From the human T2T-CHM13v2.0 reference genome, Homo sapiens, in NCBI RefSeq assembly GCF_009914755.1, contig NC_060925.1: a stretch of DNA of 64,000 bases. The stretch is one strand, 5' to 3'. This document shows positions 45,321-61,100 of the stretch, piece by piece. Both the position numbers and the translations under genes were made by a program. The stretch's first letter is position 1. The number at the start of each line of letters is the position of its first letter. A model generated the notes under the pieces. It saw only the letters and a list, made by a program, of their open reading frames with translations. It searched no databases and was not told the DNA's origin.

Positions 45321-47644
45321 GCTCATCCATAAAATCTTCACGTAGTCCAATGTCCTACAGAATTTCCCCTATGTTTTCTTTTGGATCTTATCTTTAAGTC
45401 TTTAATCCATTTTAAGTTGACTTTTGTATATGGTGAGAGACAAGGGTCTAGTTTCATCCTTCTGCATGTGGATATCCAGTTTCCCCAGCACCATTTATTG
45501 AAGAAGGTGTTCTTTCCCCAGTGTATGTTCATGGCACTTTAGTCAAAAATCAATTGGCTGTAAATATGTGGATTTATTTCTGGGTTCTCTGTTCTGTTCC
45601 CTTGGCCTATGTATCGATTTTTATACTAATACTATGCTGTTTGGGTTACTATAGCTTTGTAGTATATTTTGAAGTAAGGTAGTATGATGCTTCCAGCTTT
45701 GTTCTTTTTGCTTAGGATTGCTTTGGCTATTTGAGGTCTTTTGTGGTTCCATACAAATTTTAGAATTCTTTTCTATTTATGTGAAGAATGTCACTGGTAT
45801 TTTGATAGGGAATGCATTAAATCTATAGATTGTTTTGTGTAGTATGGCCATTTTAACAATAGTAATTCTTCTGATCCATGAGCATGGGATGTCTTTCCAT
45901 TTGTTTGTGTCCTCTTCAATCTCTTTCATCAGTGGTTTTTGTTGTAGTGGTCTTTCATTAAATTCATTCCTAGGTATTTTATTTTTTGTAGCTATCGTAA
46001 GTGGGATTGCTTTTTTGATTTCCTTTTCGGCTAGTTTGTTATTGGTGTATAGAAACACTACTGATTTTTGTATGTTGATTTTGTATCCTACAACTTTACT
46101 GAATCTGTTTATCAGTTCTAAGAGTTTTTTGGTGGATTCTTCAGGTTTTTCGTGATATAAGATTATGTCATTTGCAAAGGAAGATGACTTCCTCTTTTCT
46201 AACTTAGATGCCTTTTATTTTTCTGTTTTTTGATTGGTCTAGCTAGGGCTTCCAGTACTATGTTGAATAAGAGTGGTGAAAGGTGGACATCCTTGTTTTG
46301 TTCCAGTTCTTAGAGAATAGGCTTTTAGCTTTTCCTCATTTAATGTAAAGTTAGGTGTAGGTTTGTCATATATGGCCTTATTATGTTGAAGTATGTTCCA
46401 TCAGTGCCTAATTTGTTGAGAGTTTTTAACCATGAAGACATGTTGAATTTTATAAAATGATTTTTTGCATCTATTGAGATTATCATATGGTTTTTGTCTT
46501 TTATTCTGTTGATGTGATGTATCACATTTATTGACTTGCCTGTATTAAAACACCTTTGCATCCCTGAGATAAATCCCACTTGATTATGATGTCTTATATT
46601 TTTGATGTGTTGTTTGATTTGTTTTGCTAGTATTTTATTAAGGAGTTTTGCATCTATGGGATATTGGTCTGTTTCCTTTTTTTTTTTAACTGCACACATA
46701 CATGGAAATTAAACAACATGCTCCTAAATGACAATTGGGTCCATAAAGATATTCAGAAGGAAATAAAAAAATTTCTTGAAGCAAATGAAAATGGAAACAC
46801 AATTTACCAAAACCAGTGTGTTTCATACCACTGGTTTTTGTTGTTGTTGCTATTGTTGTATCCTTTTCTGGTTTTGATATCAGGGTAATGCTGTCCTTGT
46901 AGAATGATTTAGAAAGAATTCCATCCTCTATTTTTGCAACAATTTGAGAATTGGCGTTAGTTCTTTACAGGTTTGGTAGTAAAGCCATCCAGTCCTGGTC
47001 TTCCCTTTACTGAAAAACCTTTTATTACTGATTCAATCTCATTATCCATTATTGTTCTTTTCAGGTTTTTTATTTCTTCCTTGTTCAATCTTGGTAGGTT
47101 GTGTTTGCCCAAGAACTTATTCATATTCTTTAGGTTTTGCAGTTTGTTAGCCACATCATTGGTCATTGTTTGTAATAGTTGTCAGTGATCTTTATATTGT
47201 TGTGGTAACAGTTGTAAGGTCTTCTGGTTTCTGATTGTGTTTGTTTGGGTCTTCTCTCTTTTTTTCTTAGTCTAGCCAGCAGTTTATGAATTTTGTTTAT
47301 CTTTTCAAAAGCCAACTTTTTGTTTAGTTGATTCTTTTTTTCTTTTTTTTGTCCCTATTCATTTTGTTCTGCTCTGATCTTTATCTTTTCTTTACTTTTA
47401 CTAATTTTGAGTCTGGTTTGCTCTTGCTTTTCTAGTTTATTGAGGTGCATAATTGGTTATTTGAAATCTTTCTACTTTTCTGGTGTAGGCATTTATTGCT
47501 ATAAACTTCTCTCTTAGCAATGCTTTGCAGTATCCCATTGGTTTTGGTAAGTTGTGTTTTCTTTTTTTTTTTCCCAAGAGAATTAAATGGGTTATTGATT
47601 ACACATGACAATGGATGATACACAAGCTTTATTCCCATCTATAA

Positions 47645-47999
<355 letters not shown>

Positions 48000-48339
48000 C
48001 CCAACAATCATTTTTATAACCAATAATTCCATGATTTTGCTTGGGCAATCCCTTTTAATGGTGAACTTCAGGTCACAACAGTAACTGTCAGTTCAACTAC
48101 ACCAAGGTTTCTGAAGACAGTGGCTTCTTCACCCAAGCAGGTTGTATATAAATTCCAAATAGAACCTGGTATCACCCTGAAGGAATTCTAACTTCACACT
48201 GTTGGGGAAATTTACCAAGATGGCTTCAGAGTAGACTAACTTAGCATGTTTTTTTAAAAGACACATTTATTCAGCATCACAATCAGACCATTATATTTAG
48301 CAATCAACAGCATGGGTGGAAAAGAAAAAAAAAAAAACT

Positions 48340-48643
<304 letters not shown>

Positions 48644-48969
48644 TTAAAACCCTTTGTTGGAATGCTTTACACTTTCCGCAGAACAGAAACTAAAATAACC
48701 TGTTATACAATTAGTCACAAATACAGTCCTCCTCAAGTTTTTTTGCCCATACACATGAGTATTTGTCTCAAACATGTCTTCTTTATAGTAGCTAGGCCCT
48801 GCCACCACTGTGCTTGGCTGAGTTCACAAATCTTTTGTAACCTGTAGCTTCCCTGTCACTTCCCTGGCTCTCCTCTCCTGCTAAGATTTGTTTCCTGGCA
48901 GTAATTAAAATCTTCCGCCACTGCCATAGCTCTGCTGCTACTGGAACCACCGTAGCCACCTTGGTTTCA

Positions 48970-49783
<814 letters not shown>

Positions 49784-52700
49784 TTAGGGCTCTTTAGGAG
49801 ACTCTGACTTAGACATGACGGCAGGGGGATGAGAGACTTTACAATGCTTCCTCGGCGGCATCCATGGGCAGAAAGAACATGTTTCCATTTTCATTTGCTT
49901 CATGAAATTTTTTTATTTCCTTCTGAATATCTTTATTGACCCAATTGTTAGGAGCATGTTGTTTAATTTCCATGTATTTGTACAGTTTCCAAAGTTCCTC
50001 TTGTTATTGATTTTCAGTTTTATTCCATTGTGAGCTGAGAAGATACTTGTTATGATTTTGATTTTTAAAAGTTTGTTAAGACTTGTCTTGTGGTCTAATA
50101 TATGGTCTATCCTGGAGAATGTTCCATGTGTTGATGAGTAGGATGTGCATTCTGCAGCTGTTGGATGAAATGTCTTGTAAATGTCTGTTAGGTTCAGTTA
50201 GTCCCTAGTGCATACTGAGTATGATGTTTCTTTGCTGGTTTTCTGTCTAGATCTGTGCAATGATGAAAGTGAGATGTTGAAGTCTTCAACTGTTAGTATA
50301 TTGGAGTCTCCCTCTTTAACAATATTGGTTTTATATACCTGGGTACTCCAGTGTTAGGTATTTACAATTGCTATATCCTCTTGCTTAATTGATCCCTTTA
50401 TCATTTTATAATGACCTTTTTTGTCCCTTTTTATGTTTTTTGACTTTAAGTCTATTTTGTCTGATATAAGTATAGCTACAGAAGCATATTTTTGGCTTCT
50501 GTTTGTGTGGAATATTTTTGTCTATTCCTTTTCTTTCAATCTATGTGTGTCTTTACAAGTGAAGTAAGTTTTTTAGGCAGAATATAATTGTGTCTTTTTT
50601 TTTGATCTATGCAGCCAGTCTATAGCTTTTAATTGAGGAATTTAAGCTGTTTACATTGAAGGTTGTTTTTGATAGGTGACGACATGTTATTATCATCTCG
50701 TTGTTTTCTGATTGTTTTGTATTTTTTGTTTTATTGTTCACGTCTACAGTTTGGTCTGTTTTGTGGTAACAACAGTTGACTCCTTTCTTCTCATTTGTGT
50801 GTCTGCTTTATCAACGAGTTTTATTTTTTGTGTGTTTTCATATATATGTAGATGTAGTTCTTTTGCTTCCAGATGTAGGATTTCCTTAAGCTCCTCATCA
50901 TTTATTTTGTTGAATTTGTCATTCAGATCATGAATTCTTTCCTTGATTTCTTTGTACCATTCATTTGGGTTGTCCTATCTCACTGACTTTTTCTAATGTC
51001 ATTATTTTGAAGTTTTTTCCAGGCATTTCATAAATTTCCTTTTCTTTGGGCTCTGTTACTGGTAATTATAATGTTCCTTTGGAGGTGTCATGTTTTCTTG
51101 CTTTTTCATGTTTTTGTGTCCTTACCTTAATATCTACACATCTATTGTAACAGTCACTTCTTCCAGTTTTATCGGTTGGCTTTTGCAGTGAAATATTTTT
51201 CCTGTAGATGTTTCTGTAGTGTTGGTTGGAAAAGGCATTTTGGCATTGATTCTTGGTGGGGGTAGTAGCGTAGCCTTTGTATGATTTCTTCAGCTGTAAT
51301 CAGCTCATCAGTGGCATCTGTGAGTTCCTCAGTGGCTTAGGCTGCAGTTGTTAGTGGAGGCTGTGGTGACACTTTGCTGATGATGCGAATGCCAGATGGG
51401 CCAGTCCTCGGGCAACAGTGGTGATGGTGGTGGTGGTGTGCTGAGCATGCCAGTCCTCAGGTGCCAAAGTAGTATATGTGGGCACCAGCAGTGACAAGTT
51501 CAGGAGGGCAGAGCCTGGGGCCCCCAGATGTTGTGCGTGGTGCCAGCAGTGGCAGGTCCTGAAGGGCAGGTCCTCTGGTCCCCAGACAGCATGTGTGATG
51601 TTGGTGGTGGCAGTAGCAGCGGCAGGCCAACCCTCAGAACACCAAGCAGTGCACACAGGCACCAGCAGTGGTGGTGGCAGTCTGGGTGTGCTGGACCACA
51701 GTCTCCTGGGTGGTACATGTGGGCAGGGGCTGGTAGCAGCAATGTCAGTGTAGACAGGCAAGTACCCCTGCTTTTAGGAGGTGCATATGGGCACAAGCAG
51801 CATGTGGGGTGGTCCTGTCCTTATACTGCTAGACAGCATTCACATATACTAGTGGCAGCACACAGGGTGGGTCTATACCCAAACCACTGCACAGTGGGTG
51901 CAGGCCCACGCACTGACTTTTTCATGAGCACTCAGTAGAGTCCACAGATAGGAGTTGGTGAATGAATATTAACTCCCTTTTGGTGCCCTCACTATTCTAG
52001 ACTGGCACACTAACCCACACTTAGCCTTTGGAAGCTCCTTTAAAATGTGATTGGTTTCTTCTTCCCCACTTGTATTGTGGCCTACAGCTTTTTCTCATGT
52101 GGTTTGCTACAGGTGAGAGAGTTTATGTCTTTTATCTCTCCTTAGAAGGGTTTATCTCTCTTTCAAACTCAGATAACTCTATTTTCCTCAGTTTTCTGAT
52201 TGGTTCAATAAAGTTATGATTTTGCTTTTTTCTGGACTTTTCTCATTGTTGTGATGAGAACAATAGTCTTTGCAGCTTTTTAACACAAAGCAGAAGTGAA
52301 AATTCATGCTTAATTTTTAAAATTTCTATGATAATGATGACATCGAACTATTAGTAAGTGTATCTCAAGGTAAAAGGTGTTCTTAGGTTGAGTTTCCTAA
52401 TTAATTAATATTCTAGATCATTTAAAATTTTGGACAAGTTCTTGTTAGATCTGTTTAGACAAACATTGCTTTTTATTGAAATATGGCTGAAATGTTCATT
52501 ATTAAGAGTGGAGAGAATGTCAGCTGACACTTTCTTGTTTGCTCGTGCTTGCATTATTAGTATTACCTTTAAATGATGGTATCTTTAAACGAATTTTTTT
52601 TAGGCCACTAGTCTCTTTGTGAGGGCTAATTTTCTTAAAGCTAGATAATAGCAAACCTCTTAACCAAGCACACTCAAACTGCAATACATCACATTACACT

Positions 52701-53769
52701 GAAAGTGATTAAATGGCAGAGGTTTGTACTGTCAGCCCCTATGAGTTTGAGAACTCCCACTCTGCCTCAAAGATCCTTTTGTATTATACATGATATATGA
52801 CTGTATGACATAGTTACCAACTGAGAGAATCAGGATCAATCCACATATTAAATATTTATAAAGCTTAATTTCTTTCCTTAGATAAAAAGTTTGCTAGAAT
52901 ATTAGAAACATTAGACTATTAGAAACAAAAATTAGAAATATTAGGAATTCTAATATTTTCTCACTTTAATAGATCTTCTTAGATACTCCCTGGCTTGCAT
53001 ATCCCCGACTTAAGCGATGCTGCACTCGTGTATATGCTTCTATAGAGTAGAACTTCTGTCTCAATCACTGTTTGTTCCTCCCAATGCCTTGTATAGGCCT
53101 GATACTTTATACGATGGCAATGCATACTTACTTGATGCATAAATGAACACATGGTCCCTGACATCAGGAAGCCTTGTCATTCACCAAATGGATCCATCCG
53201 GTCAATTATGACGAACATGTGAAAAAAATAGAAACCTATCTAAGATGATATATTATAACTAAATTGTACCATAGTGATGACATCCATTTGATTTTTAAAA
53301 AGGCAGTTAAATACAAATTGATATCTTGGAGAAAAGTACATAGAAAAAGTCCACTTGGGCTGAGCCTTGACATTGGGGAGCATTGCAGTAGTCAGAAATA
53401 AAAATGTTGTTTTCCATCAAAGAGAACAACACAAGCAAAGTAGAGCATAAGCAGGGTCTGGAGAGTTCAGATCATAAGGAGTGGGAGCAGCCGTCCCTGC
53501 AATTTGACCACACCAGCAGCATGGGAGTTGGGAGGGCTGAGAAATTTATTCAGGCAGAGACACACTCACTGGCCCTAACTGTGATTGTCACTTCTGGTCT
53601 TCAGTGCCTTCTAGCTGGTTCAGCAGAAGCCAATGCACTGGAGCAGCCACAGAACCACAGAAGCCCAAGCAGAAATGGATATCGCCATGGCCTCTTCTCC
53701 CTCCATATCACTCCCTGCTGCATGAATTTGTCCTTGCTTAGCTTGCTTACCTTAAAAAACAAATATTTA

Positions 53770-55130
53770 CTTAGTTATTAAAATGAGGCAAGTACTATAC
53801 AAGGCATCAAAGTTAATGAAAATAAGATGTAATTCTTGCCTTTAAGGAACTTAGTCTTATGAGAGAGACATTGACATAAAGTGAATATTTAAAATGTCAT
53901 GCACTAAGTACCAACATAGAGTTTACACAACACATTATAGGAGATCAGAGGAGGGATAAGTAATCCAGTTCTGGGGGAAAGGGAGGTGGGATGAAGAGAA
54001 ATTGTGCAATAGAGATAATTTCTTAGAGAAAGGTACAAGAAAGCTGAGTCTTCAGGGTTGAGTAAGAGTTATTTAGGTAATGAGGGAATAAGAGAGCTAC
54101 TTGAAGCAGAAGAAAAATAAATGCTACTAGATTAAGAAGTATTAATAAAAGGCAGGTAGTAGAGAAAAATTAGTCTAGAGAGTTAAGCAGGGACCTGTGC
54201 ATTGAAGTATCTTTTAACAACATGTTAAAACAACTGTAGTGATTTAGCTGAGAGATGATAGTGACTTGAGTTAGGGTAGAGAAGAGGGGACAGATACAAA
54301 AATATAGCAATGGTGACAGCAGCACATGACTACTTGGATATGAAACCACATGAATCTGAAATCTCTACCTTGAAACAAGTTGGAAATAATGAAAAGAAGA
54401 AAAGATTTTTAGGTAGATAATGTGTTTGGTTTCGAAGATAATGAGTTTAAGGGACCAGTGGGACACCCAGGCGAAAGTTTCCATCAGGCAGTCGGACCAC
54501 AAAGCCCGGATATGAGGTGAGTAGGCTGGGCTGGAAATAATTCTCAATACACGTGTAATAGCTGAAACCATGAGATGTGGATGAGATCATCCCCAGAACC
54601 CTGTGCACGGTTAAAAGCAGTAGGGCAAGTACAACTGGATAAATGAGCCATATTCCAGTGAGTGACCCAGGAATCCTGCCAAGACCCAAGGACATATCCC
54701 TGAAGGACCCGCAACATTTAAAATAGGCTTGGAGGACAAAAGTCCACAAAAAATCAGCAAAGGAAGTTTTGAGAAAAATAAAGAGCATGAGAGGGTGGGA
54801 TCACAGAAGCCAAGATGGTAAAACATTGTAAAAAGGACGGAGTAGGCCAGGCATGGTGGCTTGCACCTGTAATCCTACTCAGGAGGCCAAGGTGGGAGGA
54901 TCTTCTGAGCCCAGGAGTTCAAGGCTTCAGTGAGCCAAGATTGCACCACTGCACTCCAGCTTGGGTGACAGAGGGAGACTGCGTCTCTGAAAAAAAAACA
55001 AAAAACAAAAAGGAGGAAAGAGTGATCCTGGTGTCAAGTGTAGCAGAGACTTTCAGAAAGAGAAGAATGTTCCTTGAGTTTAGCAGTGTCAAGATGACCA
55101 GCAATCTCAGTGGTGGAAGCAGGATCTGGA
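53770..55130 (+). mobile_element. L2 fragments with an Alu monomer (~54844-55010)
   Basis: Purine-rich L2 body motifs; single-arm Alu with A-rich tail. Confidence 0.6.
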
Positions 55131-56294
55131 GTCTCTCAGGTCTGGGCTGAGGAAAGGAAGAAGGATCCCAACAACTCTCAGGCATCGAGTCTGCTCTGAG
55201 ACTCAGGAGAAAGTTTGGCAGGAGAGTGGGAAGGAGAGGCAGGGCTGTGTCCAGAGAGCGGGGCTGCTCCAGTGAGCTCTCCCTGCCCCGTGGGAAGGGC
55301 AACCAAAGAGAACAGTGGTGACACTGAGGACCCACTGGGAGCTGGACTGGCTGTCCACATGGAAACTGATGTCACTAGAAAATGAACAGGGATACTGGGA
55401 GGCTGGTCAGTTTTCAGTGAGTTTGGGGAAGGACAGGAAGTCAGTAAGTGATGGAGATGAAAAAGGTGGAAGATGGCAGAGCACTGTGACACCTACCTGA
55501 GAGAAGCCAGGATATTTACCTGAGAGTAGAAGGAAGTAGTCTGGAGCAGCCTTGGGAAATGAGGACAGGTAAAGGTTTGGGGATGTGGAGAATAAGCAGT
55601 CTCCCTGAGGGAGGGCCCCAGGGGAAGACCTCAGTGTCCTCAAGGAAGAGACAGATTTTCCTTAAGGCCATGAAAACTGTGACATGAACTTTCATATGCC
55701 TACCATGAGCAAGAGTTTCTCAGGACACTCAGTGAAAAGGTCTGAGAATCTAAGAGGAGAAAGCACAGAGCAGTTTGGGAAGAGTGTGGGAGAGGCTGCA
55801 ACAGGAAGATGGCTAGGAGCTGAAGCTGGGGGCAGGATGCTGGGGTCAGTGGTCCAAGCGACTCGGCTGGACAAAGAGCTGCTTTTGTGAGTGAGGAAGT
55901 GATCCGAGGTCCCTAAGGTGGGACCAGAGGCCTCGCCAAGCCAGGGAGTGGGAGTCTGTGGCCGGGGAAGCTCCACATGTCTGGAGCACAGGCTTCAGCT
56001 GCAGACCCAGGGCCATAGGAACTGAGGCTATTGAAAGAGGCCAGGAGGATGACTACATGCTGCTATCCTAGCCCCCAGGCCTTCTCAGCCTCCATGGTGC
56101 CACACTGATTTTTCTTTTTACTTGTTCCCCGACCCTCAGCATATCCCCAGCCTGGGGCCATGGCACTTTGTAACACTGGCACTACCAAGGGAAAAAAGAG
56201 TGTCTATGTAAGCCCATTTTCCAGATGATAGAAACTCAGTCTTTTGAGAATCAATTTCATACTTTAAAATTTTTTGATAGAAATTGGCCAAGTT

Positions 56295-56683
<389 letters not shown>

Positions 56684-57209
56684 TCATCAATTCTGACAGA
56701 AATGTTTTTAATGGGCATTGTTTGTGAAAGGACAATTTTAAATACGATTTTTTTTTTTTTTTTGGTAATGATTAAGGGGCCTTGTGTCTGTTTTGAAAAG
56801 ACGTAGCACATAAATAAGTGAATGATGATGACTATGGTCATCATTATTGACATCAGTTACATGTCCTGTTATAATATGTTGATGCTCAGGGTCTTTTGAG
56901 ACAGACTAGTAGCAGCCTCTATGCTGTGGTTACTAAGCAGTCCCTAAAAACCGGCTCTTGGACCACTTTGTTGTTGTCGTCATTGTTCTGCTGCCTCCTT
57001 GACTGCGCTCATTACTTCCCTGCTTCTTCTAATGGTTGCCTCATTCTTCACAGCATTGTTTAGGTAAAGTCCTGAAAGTAATTCTGCCTCTCTAATGGGA
57101 TCACCCACTTAGACTTTGTGACTGCTGTTTGCTGTTCAGAGAACTTTGTGCTTTCTTCCAGAATTGGAAGCTTGGCCCATGTTGCCAGATTTTATTTATT
57201 TACTTAAAA

Positions 57210-57925
57210 AAATATTGACTACTTACCTGCCAGATTCTGAGTGAGGAACTAGGGGCATAGCATACAGGAAAACACAATCTTTGCCATCATGAAGCTTAGA
57301 GTTTAGAGGCAGAAACAGAAACAGACAATAAACCAACAAACAAAAATTATAAGTTGAGAAAAAATAAATGAAAGAAGCAAACAGAATGACAAAATGGAGA
57401 ATATCAGTCTTTCTTTGGGTGGTGTGTGATGGAAGGAGGGGTTAATTTAGATTGAGTGGCCATAGAAGGCCTCTTTCAGAAGTTGTATTTAGGATAAGCC
57501 CTGAAGGATGAAGGGAGTCTGCCAGGCAGAGTTGGAGCAAGAGTGACCCCGGAGAGAAGACTGTAAATGCATGGCCCGGAGGAAGGAAGGACCTTAGTGC
57601 TTATGAGGGACTGAAAGGAAATCAGCCTGGCTAGAACATGGTGTGTGAGAAGAAAAGAGATACTGTAAATGAGTGACAAGAGGACAGGCCAGGTGATGCT
57701 GGGTGGTGGACACCATGGCAGGTACTATTCAGAGTTTGGATTTAATTCTGAGTTTAGTTGGAAGTCACTGAAGGTATGTGAGCTTGAAAGTGACATGATT
57801 TGGTTTTGTTTACAAGATCATTTCAACTGCTATGCAGGGAACAGATTGGAAAAAGGGAAGTGGAGGTAAAGAGGTCAGATAATGGGTGTTGCAATACTCC
57901 AAGTGAGAGATGATGGTGGACTATG
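57210..57925 (+). mobile_element. L2 fragment
   Basis: GAGTTTGGATTTAATTCTGAG...GGAAGTCACTGAAGG...GACATGATTTGGTTT. Confidence 0.65.
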
Positions 57926-57969
57926 TAAGTTTTATGCATCAACAAGCAGGCATCACTCGTGTCTCTTTT

Positions 57970-60520
57970 TAACTTCTTTTTTTTTAACTTTTTATTGTGA
58001 ATCAGTTTCAGACTTACCAAAAATATAAAAATAGCACAAAGAATTTCTTTATACCCTTTACACAGCAGCCGCATGTATTAACATCTTCCATAACCACAAT
58101 TATGAAACCCAAGAATTTAACATTGATATGGTAGTATTAACTGAGCTACAGTGCTTATTCATAAACTGCCAATTTTCTTTTTTGTTGTGTAGGATCTGAT
58201 CCAGGATTACACATTGTCATGTCATCTTAGTCTCTCCGATCCACAGTGGTTCTTCACTTTCTTTGTTTTTCACAGTCTTGACAATTGGAAGAATACTGAC
58301 CAGCTGTTTTGCTCACCACCCCTCAATTTGTGTTTGTCTGCTGTTCCCAATGATTATATTCAAGTTACACAAGAATGATACTAGGCTCTTTTTACTGCAT
58401 CATATCAGGAGGCCCATGATAACTACTTGTTGTATCACTGGTGATGTTAACTTAGTCACTTGGTTAAAAAGGTACCTGCCGGTTTTCCCCATTGTAAAGT
58501 TATTACATTTTCTTTTGTAATTATTAAGTGTCTTATGGGGAGATACTGTGAGACTATGCAAATATCCTGTTTCTCCTCAAGCCTTTTCCTTCCAATTTGT
58601 GTATACATTGATGATTCTTGCCTACAGCAATTATTACTGTAGTGTATATGTTGCGGGGGTAGGGGTTAATTTAGATTGAGTGGTCACAGTAGGGGTTAAT
58701 TTTGACTGAGTGCCAAATGTATAAAGAATCATGAAATATATTTCCCAAATATCTAGTAGAGATTTTCTGTTTTATAACTTGGCCTAGTTGTAATTACAAC
58801 ATTTACTAGTTGGAATTCTATGGTAAGACAGTGTTTTTTCCTTATTCATTTATTCAAGTATGTATTTATATAAGTACGGATTCATGGATATTTGTTTTAT
58901 TCTATGGGTTATATCCATTCTATCACTATTGGTTTTGTTGCTTAGATTTTCCAGATTTGGCCATTGGGGACAACCTCAAGTTGGTTCTTATGTCTTTTCA
59001 ACACGTTCTTATCATTTTTTGAGCATTATCTTACCTTCTTCAACCTTAAGTGTTCCAGGCTTATCTTGTACTTTCCCAGCCCGAGCCATGAAATCAGTCA
59101 TTTCTCCAAGGATCCCTGTTTCTGTTCTTGGAGAATGAATTTTAGAAACAAAGATCTGGGCTCTGGGTATGTTCACTGTTTCTTAGTTTTCTTGGTGGAC
59201 AGAATTTAAAAATATAAGTATGAATATACACACATAATAATCATGTATCTCTCTCTCTCTCTCTCTGTATTAAAAACTGGTTCATTCCAACCTTCTCTCT
59301 TTCCTTATTTGTAATTCCTTTCTCTGACAGCAAGAAACCTGACTCACATTAGTCACTATAAACTTGTTAATTTGCTGAGTCCTAGAATACACACAAATAT
59401 TGCCAAGTCATACCCTTGTGGAAAAAAAAAAAAAACACTTACCAACTAGACTACAGTATCTGTGTAGAGGTTTTTTTTTCTTTAGCCTGATAGTATTTGT
59501 GATGGTCAGTTTTATGTGGCAACTTGGCTAAGTTACAGTCCTCATTTATTCGAGAAATCAAACCTGTAAAGGGATTTTGTAGATGGATTTAAAGTCTATA
59601 ATCAGTTTATTTTAAGTAAGGGAGATTATCCCAGATAATCTGGGTAGACCTGATTCAATCAATCGAAAGGCCTTAAGAGTGAAACTGAGGCTTCCCTAAA
59701 GAAGAAAAAATTCTACCTGTGAATAGCAGCTTCAGCTCACACCCTAGAGTTCCAGCCTGCCCTCCTGATAGCCTGCCCTGTGAATTTCTAACTTGCCTAG
59801 ACAGCCCCTACAACATTGCAAGCCCATTCCTTACAGTAAATCCCTTAGTATATATGTCCTTTTGATCTGTTTCTCTGGGTGAATCCTGACTGATGTATTA
59901 GCCAAACAAAATAATGTTTTCTGCTTTCCAAAATCACTTAGTTTTCACCCAATCCCTTCAGTGTAATTATATTACTCATTTGTAATTCAGTTAGGTTCAT
60001 TTGTTAGTGTTTGGGTTCCATTTTGCCTTCCCCTATATTGTGGCTGATTTTAATTATTTATCTAATTTTTGAGTATATTAAAAACATGGGTTTAAAGATC
60101 AGAACTAGACAAAAATGTATACCCAGAAAAGTCACTCATCCTTCATCCCTTCTGCTTCATTCCCATCCCTTTATTCTATCTACTCTATTTCCATCCACTT
60201 TCTGTAAGTAATCAGTCCCGATAGTTTCTGGTATACACTTTCTCTATTTCTTTCATTTGACACAAATGAGCAGATATATGTATATTTCTTATGTTCTCTT
60301 CTTACAGAAAAGAGCATAATATAGATGCCTTTTTCATAACAATATATCCTGGAAATCACTCTACTCCAGTTCATAAGCTCCTCTTCATTCTTTTCTATAG
60401 TTGCATAGTACTCCATTATGTGGATGTCCCATAGTTTACTCAACCAGTCTCCGGTGAAGGGGCATTTAGGTCGTTTCCAGTATCTTGCAATTATAAGCAA
60501 TATCTTAAGCAATATCAAGT
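57970..60520 (-). mobile_element. L1MC/L1ME-type fragment interrupted by an MLT2 LTR
   Basis: L1MC 3'UTR motifs; ORF2 C-terminal peptide WKRPKCPFTGDWLSKLWDIHIMEYY. Confidence 0.7.
59498..59897 (+). mobile_element. MLT2 (ERVL) solo LTR
   Basis: TGTGATGGTCAGTTTTATGTGGCAACTTGGCTA...CTGTTTCTCTGGGTGAATCCTGACTGAT. Confidence 0.8.
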
Positions 60521-60825
60521 TAAAAAAATAAAATGGTGCTCTCTTTTCATACTTTTCTGAGTTGGTTTATAAATCTTGATGTCCAGAGAGGGAAAATGTT
60601 GAAAGGCATAGAAGACATTGGGAAATGGGCAGCAGTGTGCAATTCAAACTTAGCGATGGAAAAGCCACACTTTGGGGAAAATCGCCCTGCATTACGGTGG
60701 ATACAGCAATGAAAAGAAAGGCAGATGAACTGGAATATATTCTTTTAGTCAGTGGTCCATCAGGAGAATATGTACTCCAAGGGAAGTACAAGTTAATCCT
60801 TTAGGGTACAGAAAGAAAATATTCA

Positions 60826-61100
<275 letters not shown>

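Noticed and set aside
45338-47188. Reverse-transcriptase/ORF2-like peptides
   Set aside because: Fragmented, frameshifted L1MA remnants; not an active element
51351-51938. GC-rich overlapping ORFs
   Set aside because: Degenerate repeated 5' region of the L1MA
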